This document shows positions 51,604-63,455 of a DNA stretch of 64,000 nucleotides, in pieces. The position numbers and the translations under genes were made by a program. Each line of letters begins with the position of its first letter. Position 1 is the stretch's first letter. The notes under the pieces are model-generated. The model was given only the letters and a program-made list of their open reading frames with translations. It was not told where the DNA came from and did not search any database. Source of the stretch: Azolla caroliniana (Eukaryota > Plantae > Polypodiophyta); contig JBHGNT010000006.1 of the NCBI GenBank assembly GCA_043228905.1, positions 21,824,001 through 21,888,000 on the forward strand, in the 5' to 3' direction.

Positions 51604-54600
51604 ATGGCTCAAATTAACGACCCGATGTCATCCGCTCAAGCGGAAGGAACTCAAGGGAATCCTCCTGGACAAATGTCCACTGAGATGTATTTGGCACAAA
51701 TAACCCAATACCTTAGTTTCACCGCTCAACAGATGACCGAACTTCGGCAATCTCAGAGTGCTCTTGAGGCACGTGTCATTAGTCTACAACGTGAGACTAA
51801 TAGACCTGATGAGCGACAAGGTGAACCATCATTTGTCGTTAAGCCATTTACGGGAGACAAAAAGGAAAGAACCGAAGAAGCAATCTGCACATGGCTAGGA
51901 CGATGGGAGTCTCATTTTGAGCTCTATCCCACGCCAGATAGTACGAAGATTGCATATGTCGGCCGAGAACTCGGGGGTAAGGCTGCCGCCTGGTGGCGTG
52001 GCCTCCGTACTATGGGGAAATTGCCCGATACCTGGACAGATTTTGTCACGATTTTTAAGGGCCAATTTCTGCAACCTCCCTCTCGAACCGAGGCAACACA
52101 AGCTTTAATGAACCTCTCTAGCAGGAAATTTTCCTCGCTAGAAGACTATGTTCACCATGCTAGAACCCAAATCCAAAAATCGGGTCTAGAAGGGGACAAT
52201 TGGTTGATAGCTTGTTTTGTCAATGGCATCCCCAATTCGGACTATCACTGGATGGTGCACGATAAGGATCCAAAATCCTTCGAAGAGGCCGTTGAAATAG
52301 TTCTTCGCTATCAACGCACTTCGAAGAAGGACCATAACAAACCCAACGAAGCGCCCGGGACTAAGCAGTCGCAATTTGTTGGGAAACGCAAGACACCCAA
52401 CGAATTCCTGGATCGCGATTGTAAGCGACAACATCCTTTTTGTGTATTCTGCAAAAAGAAGGGTCATACAAAAGATCAATGTCGAAAGCTCCAACGGAAA
52501 GAGCACGACAACAAAGCTAAAGCTGCAGACCATAAAGGTCAGATTCCTAATGTCCTTCAGGTCTATACACATCATTTAAGTAATTGTCAATGTTCTTTCC
52601 CTCACTATGTATTGGGTCCCAATGATTTACTACGTGCAAACGGGTATATCAATGGATCTCCCGTACAATTTTTATTTGATTCGGGAAGCTCACACAATTT
52701 TGTGAATGATCGTTTGGTTCAGATATGGGGAATCCAACCCACCGTAAGTGATCACACCTACACGGTGCACTTGGCTGATGGAAGAGTACAATACATCAAC
52801 GGGGCGATTCATTCATTAGGAATTTCTATTGATACTTATATAGAGGAAGTAGACTTCCATGTAATGAATCTTTGTACCACCGATGTAATACTGGGTTATC
52901 CCTGGTTTTATAATAAAAACTCTTCTTTATTGATTGATTGGGTTCGTCATTTCATTTCTTTTGTACTGAACGATTGTACGCAGTTTATTCAATGTGTAAA
53001 AAAACAATCCCTCTCGATTGTTTCCTCGTGTCCATCAATATCCGAGTTGTCTTGTTCTACGTTATTTTATTGTGTACTTGATCCGGACATTCACGTTTAC
53101 AATATCGATAATGTCCCGATTCAATTAACATATTTTGAACAACAACAACTTGATGAAATCTTAAATGATTTTCATGATGTTTTTCCAAGTGAACTACCTG
53201 ATGGGTTACCTCCTAAACGTAATATAGACCATCGTATAGATATTGTACCTGGTGTTGCACCAATAAGTATACCTCCGTATCGCTTAAGTCGATCCGAAGA
53301 AGATGAGGTATCTAAGCAACTCAAGGACTATTTACGAATGGGTTATATACGTTATAGTAAATCTCCATGGGGTGCACCAGTTCTCTTGGTTAAAAAGAAA
53401 GAGGGCACATGGCGTATGTGTATTAATTACCGACGCTTGAATAAAGTGACGATCAAGAATTCGTATCCATTGCCCCGGGCTGACGATCTAATTGACCGTC
53501 TCCAGGGAGCTCGGTATTTTACGAAACTTGATCTCCGTACTGGCTACCATCAAATACGAATAAGTGAGGACGATGTTCCTAAAACGGCATTTCGTACGCG
53601 CTATGGCCATTACAAGTTTTTGGTTATGCCTTTTGGTTTGACCAATGCTCCGGCTACTTTTCAACAAGAAATGAATGACATTTTCCGAGAACAACTTGGA
53701 AAATTTGTCGTTATTTTCTTGGATGATATTTTAGTTTATAGCCGTACATTACAAGAACATGCTAGACATGTCCGCTTTGTTTTACAAACATTGCGTGACA
53801 AACAGTTTTATGCGAAGATCTCAAAATGTGAGTTCTTCAAGAAATCAATTACTTATCTAGGACATCTCATAACCGAACGAGGAGTTGAAATTGATCCTTC
53901 TCGCATTGAGAAAATCAAGCTTTGGCCCACTCTTCGGAATATTCGAGAAGTTCGATCATTCCTTGGTTTTGTGGGGTTTTTGCGAAAGTCTCTTCGTAAT
54001 TACTCCCAATTGACGACGCCGTTTACTGATCTTTTAAAAGGTCAAACGCGTAAGTCTACAAAACCTATTGTGTGGAATGCTACACTAGACCTTGCCTTTA
54101 AGGAACTCAAGGACCTGGTTTGCAAGGCTCCTTCACTTCTTTTACCCGATCCTTCAAAACCTTTTGAGGTTGAAACCGATGCAAGCGATTATGCTATAGG
54201 TGTTGTCTTGTATCAAGATGGTAAACCAATAGCATTCGAGAGTAAGAAACTTGATTCTGCTCAATGTCGGTATACCGTTCAAGAAAAGGAATTATTTGCA
54301 GTTATACATGCGCTCAAAACATGGCGCCATTATCTTTATGGAAATCACTTTGTGGTAACTACGGACCACGAGCCCTTGAAATATTTTTGTGACCAACAAG
54401 ACCTGAAAGGTCGTAAGGCACGATGCGCTGATCTCATCCAGGACTTTGATTTTTCCATACGATATCGTAAAGGTTCCATGAATACTGTCGCTGATGCACT
54501 AAGTCGCATCCGTGAAGTTAACATGCTTAGCTTCACTGCAATATCATCAGATCTTTATGATCACCTTCGAGGAAAGTATCCTGATGACAGTTATTTCGCA

Positions 54601-56037
54601 AAATACTGGGCAAGAGTTGAGTCTGGAACAGACACCACCACATCCTCGAAGGAATACTTCCACATTGCTAACGGTTTGCTCTACCGTAATGGGAAGGTTT
54701 GTGTTCTAGATTTACCCGAGGTCAAAAAGAGGATTCTTTTTTAATGCCATGATGCACCCTCAGCAGGGCACCCTGGAATACATCGTACACTCGTTCTCAT
54801 CTCCACTCAATTTTATTGGCCTAAGATGCGTCCTGACATACATAGCTATGTGACTAAATGTCACCAGTGTCAGGTTAACAAAGCCGAGCGACTTAAAGCC
54901 GCAGGACTTTTACATCCCCTGGACATTCCCAATAATAAGTGGGAAAGTATATCCATGGATTTTATTGTTAGCCTTCCTCGCACCCAAAAAGGTCATGATG
55001 CCATCTGGGTTGTCGTTGATCGACTAACTAAAATGGCCAGATTTATTGCTACTAAAACCACGGTAATAGCTCCTGAATTGGCTTACCAATTCGTTGACGA
55101 ATTGTTTCGTTTTTATGGGTTACCGATGGATATCGTGAGTGATCGAGATCCAAAGTTTACTAGTGACTTCTGGACACAAGTCTTTAAGAAGTTAGAAACT
55201 ACGTTGAGCATGAGCTCCACGGATCATCCTCAATCCGATGGACAAACAGAACGAGTAAATCAAATTATTGAGGACATGCTTCGAGCATACGTTGGTGCAA
55301 AACCAACAAAATGGGAACGTTATCTCCCAATTTTGGAGTTTGCTTATAACAGCTCCAAGCATACGTCGACGGGATATAGTCCTTTTATGTTGATGTATGG
55401 TTTTCAGCCACGAGCCCCGATTGATGTTACTATACATCATGATGAGTTGCGAAGTACGCAAAACTTTCTTCGGGATATGCAAGATATGTTGCATATTGCA
55501 CGAGATAATATAAAAACAGCTCAAGATAGAGCGCGTTTTTATGCCGATCATCATAGGCAACCTCGTGTATTCAACCCTGGACAGAAGGTATTTTTACGTG
55601 TACCTCACAATTCTAAGACATTGTCTACAGGTAAGTGCGCTAAGTTAGCCCCACGGTTTTGTGGACCTTTTACAGTCCTCAAACGAATTGGGTCATCAGC
55701 CTATCGTCTCGCTCTTCCCGATGGTGTCGGAATTCATCCAGTCTTTCATGTGAGTCGTCTAAAAGAACTTCTAGGTTCTGGCGACAATACAGTTACGACT
55801 GAAACTCTGGTTACTTCTGAAGAATTATCTTCTAAACCACATGTACCAGAAAGAATTCTCGATGTTAAAACAAAAAAATTACGTACTAAAGAAATCCGAG
55901 AATTCAAAATAAAATGGATGGATAAATCAATAAAAGATGCCACATGGGAACGCGAAAATACTCTTAGAACTAACTTCCCTAACTTTCCATTGCAAGAGTG
56001 CAATGTTTTAAAGAGGGGGAGTATGTTACGGGCATGA
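51604..56037 (+). pseudogene. Gypsy gag-pol (gag, CCHC, protease, RT, RNase H, integrase, chromodomain) with one in-frame stop at 54742-54744
   Basis: [51 protein letters not shown]...CHQC, SDRDPKF, GPF and PERIL...KW...ATWE. ORFs 51604 and 54826 are in the same frame. Confidence 0.95.
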
Positions 56038-56478
56038 CCATATAATATCCCATGGTAAGAATTTACCGTAGTATTCTATACACGTGGATAAGTGTGAGGG
56101 TTAAATGAGAGTGTAAAGAAGGGGAGGATTACTTTTAATCCTCGGGATTGAGACAACCCATTAGGTCAAGTGTGAACTTGCCTGGGGGCCTTGGGTTTCG
56201 CTATAAATAAGAGGCCTAGCTACCCTCATTTGATCATCTTTTGACTACATCGAGACTCTGCTCGTGTGGTGGGTCAACTCTTGTAGCGAGCGCGCCAGCA
56301 CCAGGTACGACTCGACGCTACGGCGGTGGTATGGGACGCCGATCGAGGCTCGAGTCCGTCTCGATCCCTTCGCTCGGGGGTGGTCGGGTGGATCGGCACC
56401 CTTCTTTCTCTTTCTCCTTTCTATCTTTCATTTCTTTATCCTTATCTTAAGCTTACTTTAGTACCTAGATCTATAATA
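56024..56478 (+). repeat. Gypsy 3' LTR
   Basis: Direct repeat of 49485-49939. Confidence 0.95.
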
Positions 56479-57588
56479 AAGATCTTCGCCGCGAGCACCA
56501 CAGCTAGGAAGCTTCAACTCCGACAAGAGTTGAGCAACCTACGACAACGCGATTTGTCAGTGGCTGACTATACCTCGAAGATCAAGGACATATGCGACTC
56601 CTTAGCCTCCATCGATGTGAACATTGAGGAAAGCGAGATGGTCCAAGTCTGTCTTGGGGGTTTGGCGTCAAAGTTCGGAGCGTTCCGAACTACTGTGTGT
56701 ACCCGGGAGAATACGCCGTCGTTTTTCGACTTACAGTCGATGCTCCTTATAGAGGAGAACCACGCGGGTGCGTCGACAAGCACGCATGCCGACAACAAGA
56801 TGATGTACACGGAGGGAGAGAGGCCCCGTGGTCATGGCGAACGAGGCGAGTTGGTACGCAATGGAGGCGGCTGACGGGATCAAGGAAGAAGGCACCGAAG
56901 TGATGACGACAGCAACTCCGGACCCTCCGGAAACAGGGGGAGTCGAGGCGACGAGAACCGGCAAGGGAAATCCGTCTTGGAATGCTGGTACTGTGGCAAG
57001 AAAGGCCAGAGGGAGAGCGAGTGCTGGAAAAAGCGCGGCGAGTCGGAAAGGACTGGTTCCAAATCTAGTTCCGGACATACCGACAAAGGAAACCGGCAGC
57101 GTCGCACTACGCCGAAGGATCCGGAAAAGCCGGAAAAGGGTCAGTCTTCATGACGAGACACGAAGCAAACTCAATGAAGAAGATCACCCCGAAGTCGGAG
57201 GAGGTATGGTACGTCGACTTCGGCGCGTCAAACCACATGACATGCCACGAGGAGTGGTTCTCATACCTTGAGAAACCGACGCAACCAGGAGTAGTCACAA
57301 CTGGAGACGACACTCCGCATCCGATCGCGAATGTCGGTGAAGTTCCCTTGAGCCATGTCGGGCAGAAAGGGAAACTTATGAACGTGTTACACGTCCCGAC
57401 CATCATGAAGAATCTGGTGTCGGTCTGGCAGATCGTCGACCAAGGGATGCATGTTCGGTTTACACACCTCGGGTGCTTCATTGAGGAAGAAGGTCGTATT
57501 ATTGCGCAAGGGCGCAGAGATGGGAGGATGTTCATCCTCGACTCTACTGACAGTGGCACCACAATGTTTGTGAAGGGACAAAAAGTCG

Positions 57589-58139
57589 TGTTGTAGGTTT
57601 TAGGGTTAGGGTTAATGGTAATGATGATCATCGATGACGAAGATAGAAATGGTGGAATAGTGAAGATGGTGGAGAGAATGATGGTGAGAGAGATTGAGAT
57701 GAAGATATTGAGAATCATTGAGAAGCATTGTGGGGTAAGGATGACATTGATGAGCATTGTGGGTGGGGGGTGGTGCCTAGAATGACTCCACCCCCCTCCC
57801 AAGGGGGTTCAACGTTAAGGGGAGAGAGAAGAAGAGAGATGACAAGAGAGAGAGAGATTGAGAGAGAAAAATGTTCATTCATCTTTCATTCATTCCCCAT
57901 AAGGGGTTAAATAGTACAAGAGGGGGTAGATACATAGGGGTGTAAGCCCCCTCGAGCATTCATACTGGACACTCACTCACACCTCCTCGTATCCATCCAC
58001 ATGCACACACGTGTGCATGTGTTCACATACGTATAGACTCACAACTATATTTATACCCCCTACACATACACAACATCATGATAACATTCGACCCTCGCTC
58101 ATCACACTTGACTCTCCGTACATCTCGTACGGGGTAACA
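57589..58139 (-). mobile_element. Solo LTR (551 bp) with 5-bp TSD
   Basis: TG...AACA flanked by AGTCG at 57584-57588 and 58140-58144. Homologous to 62967-63455. Confidence 0.9.
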
Positions 58140-58230
58140 AGTCGAATCAGACATCGACTTATGGTACAAGCGGATAGGCCACGTCAACTACCAGCGGCTT
58201 CAAGACCTGCAATCGAAACAAGTTGTGTTC

Positions 58231-61200
58231 AACACCGGGACATTTGAAACAGGTAATATGTCGCATTTTGAGAACTGTCCATCAAAAAATGACACAAATT
58301 AGGGTGATTCACAAAAAGGGGTGCCGCATGCGTAAAGGAATTTTAACAATGACCCAAAAATATATTGATTTTTAACATGTACGGAAATTTAGGTGTTCAA
58401 AAAAATGCCTAAATAATGGACATGCCAAACTTACAAATGAATGTCCAAAATGACTAACCCCAATATTTATAGAAATTCTGAATCCAAATCTTGATGTGCA
58501 ATACAATATTTATAGTTAACGTATCAGGACAATCATTTTTCAAGTTTATGTCATCATCTTCATACCCATTAGATGAACTAGTACGAGTTTATGAGGTCTC
58601 ATCCTCATCATCAATGGCAACTAATGCATTGTGTTGATCCAATTGCAATCCAACCTCATCGAGTTTATGAGTCATGCTTCTTGTTTGTCTTTGTGTTGTG
58701 TCTAAAGCCACATTCCAGATCCTCTTTTAGTATCTTCATTGTGGTCTGTCACAGATAACTTGTTTTGGTCAAAGATAAGTCATACACTAATATATAAACA
58801 TTATCCAATGTAAGAGTAGATGTGCTTGATGCATCTTTCCTCCTCACTTTTTGGTTATGATATTTTATTATAGACTTTCCATTTACAAGATTAGATTATG
58901 TGAGAGAAGCTTTCTACCAAAATCATTAGAATCTAAAAAATGTCTTAAAGATGTTTTCCATTTTTCTTAGATTCTCATAGTAAGCCTTTGATGTCGTATA
59001 GAAATCCGATTCATTCCATCTAGATTTGATGCAACATTTCGAATTTTACTCTATACATCTAGAATTGGATATAATGCATCAGATTCCTATAAGTCTTGGA
59101 ATTTTTTTTAACATTTCCATTAAAAAAATACTCTTGCATTTTAATGCATTGCATTGAATTCTAGCTACATAGACTAAAATATGATACATTGCATGGATTT
59201 CCCGAAAATACATAAATAAATACAAATTGAAAAAATAAAACATTTTCCCATAAATAAATAAATAAACATTTTTTATTTTACTCGTAAATAAATAAATAAA
59301 AATTGAAAAATTAGATTTCAATGGAAATCCAATTCCGTGCATCGGATTCAATTGAAAATCCAATTTCTCTTATTTTTTTGAAAATTTTCTTATTTTTTGA
59401 ATTGTTTTTGAATTTGTTTTTATTTTTCCCATAAAAAAATAAATAAAAATGGAAAAAACGGATTTTCAACGGAAATCCGATGCACTGCATCGGATTTTGG
59501 TTGAAAGTCCACTTTTACATATTTTTTTCAAAATTTGCTTTTTTTTTGAAGTTTTTTGAATGTTTTCTATAAAAAATAAATAAATATTGAAAAAATAGAT
59601 TTTCAATGGAACTCCGATGCACTGCATCGGATTTCCATAGAAAATCCACGTTTTCTTATTTTTTTCCAAATTTTCATAGTTTTTAGAATTTTTTGGGTAT
59701 TTTGTTTGTCTATTTTCTCATAAATAACTATATAGAAATTGAAAAAATGAATTTTCAAAGGAAATCCGATGCATTGCATCAGATTTCTATTGAAAGTCCA
59801 CTTTTTGCTATTTGTTACCAAATTTTCATATTTTAAAATATTTTTTGTATTTTTTAAATTTGTTTTCATTTTTTCCCATAAATAAATAAATAAAAATTGC
59901 AAAAAATGGGTTTTCAACAGAAATCCGATGCACTACATCGGATTTCTATTGAAAATCCATTTTGTCTTATTTGTTTCCAATTTTTCAGATATTTTGAATT
60001 TGTTTTGAATTGTTTTTGTTTTTATCATAAATAAATATATAGGAATTGAAAAAAATGGATTTTCAACGGAAATCCGATGCACTGCATCAGATTTCCATTG
60101 AAAGTCCACTTTTTCTTGTTTGTTTACAAATTTTCTTATTTGTTTATATTTTTCTCTAAAAAAGTGTTAAAAATAAACAAATTGTGATTTTCTCCATTTA
60201 AAATGATGTGTTTTCAACGGGAATCCGATGCAATGCATCGGATTCCCGTTGAAAACACATCATTTTCAACAGGATTTTCAATGGAAATCCGATACAGTGC
60301 ATTGGATTTCCGTTCAAAATCACTGAGTTTCAACAGAAATCCGATGCAGTGCATCGGATTTCCGTTGAAAGTCCAATATTTTTCATATGTTTTTTCATAA
60401 AACATTAATTTGCAATTGAAATCCGACTTAATGGTTCAGATTTTGTTGAAAATGTAATATTTTTTTATTATCTCATTGTTTTATGAAAAACCTAAAAGAA
60501 ATTTGGATTTTTAATTGAAATTCAATGTAGTGCATTAGATTTCAGTTGGAAATCCACTTTTTTAATATATTTTTATTTATTTTTTGAAAAATTGAAAAAC
60601 AATTGAAAAGAAAGAGGATTGCCAGCTAAAATCTGATGCAATGCATCAATGTCTAGCTGTATAGACTACGATCTGATGTAGTGTATCGGATTTCAGTTGA
60701 GAAGCCGTTTATTATTATTTTATATGAAAAATAAATAAATAAATAATATTGGAAAAAGAAAAAAGAAAAATGGATTTTCGACTCTAATCCAACGCATTGC
60801 ATTAGATTCTAGCTATATATACTAAAATATAATGTAGTGCATAGTATTTTAGCTGAAAATCCATTTTTTATTTTTTAATGGAAAAAATTTTAAAAATTAC
60901 AAAAAAAAAAACTTGGATTTTCAACTGAAATCTAGTGCATCGCATTGGATTCCAATTAAAAATCCAAGATTTTTTATTTTTTCAAATTTTATTGTTTCAA
61001 ATTTTCAATGGGTTTTAGATTAGTTTTCTGACACAGGTATATAATATAAAACTTACATCAATTTAGATTAACGTTATATTCTATTCTTCAGTTTGATGTT
61101 ACCTGTGCAATTTCATTCTACTGTCATGTACTACTAAAACATACGCCTTAAAGATTATCAGGAACTCTGTTGCATTAGAGAAGGACCTTGAGCAAGTTAA

Positions 61201-62147
61201 TGTCATCAAAATGAGTATCCAAGGCATCTGGGGTTGTCCTGATCAAGACCAAGAAGTTGGGGCAAAGCATATCAATAAAACTTAGATGTTCCAGATGACT
61301 TTTAGAAAACTTGTGGAACTATAGATGAAGACGCAGGGCAACTTGTTGAATTAGAAGACGTTTCAGAGTCTGAACATACTAACAATTTAACTTAGCGTAC
61401 TGATGAAGCCAATGAGGACAATCCTGATGAAAGAGCTAATCCTGAGTAGACGGCTTTACCAGACTTATTATTCGATTGAATGATTATGGCTTATTGTAAA
61501 TTTTGAACAATATGAATTGTTAAATTTTGACGTAATATATAAGTTGAGCTTACTTATAATTTTCGTGTAACAATCATTGAACTTAGAAATTAAGTATACT
61601 TGTATGTGTACATGTTATCTAAACTCTCCTTTATCATTTGGGGTATATCGGAGATAAGTTTATACTCTATCATTTACTCGTATGATTGGAATGTTATTGT
61701 AGACTAGTTTATTTATACATTGACAGTGTCATGTATCACGTGTCAATGGAAATTTTCTCTTGACATAGTAGTATCTCTTAATTGCAAGGTTCACAATTTG
61801 CTTTAAGATGTATTATATTTAAATATACACACATAATTAGAAGAAGTCACTTATTCAATGGGGCATGCTTTTTAGAATATGCACAAGGACCCGTGTTACT
61901 ATTATACTTGTGTTGACAAATACACCCCTGTCTAAGATTTGGACAAAAACATGGTAGATAGAATATACGTCGGAAGATTTTGTTGACGTGATATTAGTTA
62001 GTTCTTTTTTTCGCTATGTTTTCATAAACCACATACACATGCGCCATGCCTTGTTGAAATTCTGCTTAAATAAGGCATTTTTTAACATCTCACTAAGATA
62101 TGAAAAAGAGAATGCGACATATTACCTGTTTCAAATGACCCGGTGTT
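58231..62147. mobile_element. Non-autonomous TIR DNA transposon (37-bp TIRs), superfamily unassigned
   Basis: AACACCGGGACATTTGAAACAGGTAATATGTCGCATT (58231-58267) matches the reverse complement of 62111-62147 with 1 mismatch. GTTC is duplicated at both flanks. The copia frame is restored when the element is removed. Confidence 0.92.
58995..60970. repeat. Array of ~50-bp palindromes (GGATTTTCAACGGAAATCCGATGCA-N-TGCATCGGATTTCCGTTGAAAATCC) with AT-rich spacers
   Basis: Centres near 59336, 59485, 59622, 59774, 59933, 60082, 60233, 60297, 60349, 60530, 60641, 60681, 60797 and 60940, plus weaker copies. Confidence 0.92.
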
Positions 62148-62951
62148 GTTCGGATTGCCCAAATTTAGTGGCCGGAAGGCACAAATTTGTGAAGCCTGCC
62201 AGCTTGGGAAGCAACACCGACTTCCCTTCCCCAACGAGCGTAACCAGAGCCAGAACAAGCTCGACGTGATACACTCCGATGTGTGGGGGCCGGCGCAAAA
62301 CGTTAGTCTTGGCGGGAGCCGATATTTCGTCTCCTTCATCGACGACTACACGCGGCACACATGGATCTACCTCATCGAGAGGAAGAGCGAAGTCTTTGAC
62401 TGTTTCTGGGACCTCAAAGGGTTCGTGGAAACGGAAACAGGAAGAAAGATCAAGTGCCTACGGTCGGTTGGCGGAAAAGAATACTTTTCCAGTCAATTCA
62501 ACGGTTATCTACAACATATGGGAATTCGGCGGGAATTCAGTTGTAGATACACGCCGGAGCAAAACGTTGTGGAAGCGGCACGGGCAATGCTAGAGGAGAA
62601 GAGCTTGCCCAAATTCTACTGGGCTGAGGCGGTAAGGACCGCGGTATACATCCTGAACCGGATCGGAGACAAAGTGTCGGCGCACGAGCTATATTTCGGA
62701 ATAAAGCCGAACTTGCGACACTCGAAACACACACATTGTTGCTAACCGCTTTCAGAACCACGCACATTGACACCTTGACTAGCACAAAACGTTGTTTCCA
62801 TTTCTCGTCCACTCGCACATACTTTCGCCGAACATTGTCGTCGTCATTTGCACGTTTCCGCCATTTCTTGCACTTAGTTGCTATGGCTTGCCCATCCGCA
62901 TATCATTCTTCGACTTCATCTCCAAAGGGGGGTCACCTTAGTGGTCACGTT

Positions 62952-62961
62952 GTGGTCGCCA
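62952..62961 (-). other. PBS-like TGGCGACCAC (tRNA-Arg type)
   Basis: GTGGTCGCCA lies 5 bp from the LTR end at 62967. Confidence 0.6.
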
Positions 62962-62966
62962 AAAGG

Positions 62967-63455
62967 TGTTATTTGGTTTTAGGGTTAGGGTTAAGGACGA
63001 TGATAATCATGATAAAGATAGACATGGTGGTTATGATGATGATGGAGAGTATGGGATTGATGGCGAGAGAGATCATGTGCATTGAGAAACATTGCGGGGT
63101 GGGGGGTGGTGCCTAGAATGGCTCCACCCCCCTCCCAAGGGGATTCAACGTTGAGGGGGAGAGAGAGAGAGATTAAGAGAGAAATGTTCATTCATGTTTC
63201 ATTCATTCCCCATAAGGGGTTAAATAGTACAAGAGGGGGTAGATACATAGGGGTGTAAGCCCCCTCGAGCATTCATACTAGACACTCACTCACACCTCCT
63301 CGTATCCATCCACATGCACACACGTGTGCATGTGTTCACATACGTATAGCCTCACAATTACATTTATGTCCCCTACACATACACAACAACATCATGATAA
63401 CATTCGACCCTCGCTCATCACACTTGACTCTCCGTACATCTCGTACGGGGTAACA
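62967..63455 (-). mobile_element. LTR of the same family as the solo LTR, probably the 5' LTR of a truncated gypsy (Tat/Ogre-like PBS) element extending left to ~62720
   Basis: Near-identical to the right two-thirds of 57589-58139. TG...ACA ends, no TSD, adjacent PBS-like motif. Confidence 0.75.

Larger units (their letters stand above)
49485..56478 (+). mobile_element. Full-length Ty3/gypsy chromovirus, recent insertion
   Basis: 455-bp LTRs at 49485-49939 and 56024-56478 with 4 differences counted by eye. TSD AAGAT at 49480-49484 and 56479-56483. PBS TGGTATCAGA at 49942-49951. PPT AAGAGGGGGAG before the 3' LTR. Confidence 0.97.
48708..62720 (+). mobile_element. Ty1/copia element (5' LTR 48708-49115, PBS, gag, protease, integrase), interrupted three times and 3'-truncated
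   Basis: TG...TTTCA LTR followed by TGGTATCAGAGC. The reading frame can be rejoined across the insertions: WENLKKI|FAASTTARK, CWYCGKKG, WYVDFGASNHMT, QKV|ESDIDLWYKRIGH, VVF|GLPKF, CEACQLGKQHR, HSDVWGP, FIDDYTR. Confidence 0.9.

Noticed and set aside
57107-57802. 231-aa minus-strand ORF
   Set aside because: Antisense to the copia protease and running out of a solo LTR.
58995-60970. CRISPR array
   Set aside because: Eukaryotic TE context with no cas genes. The spacers are ~100 bp, low-complexity and similar to each other rather than unique.
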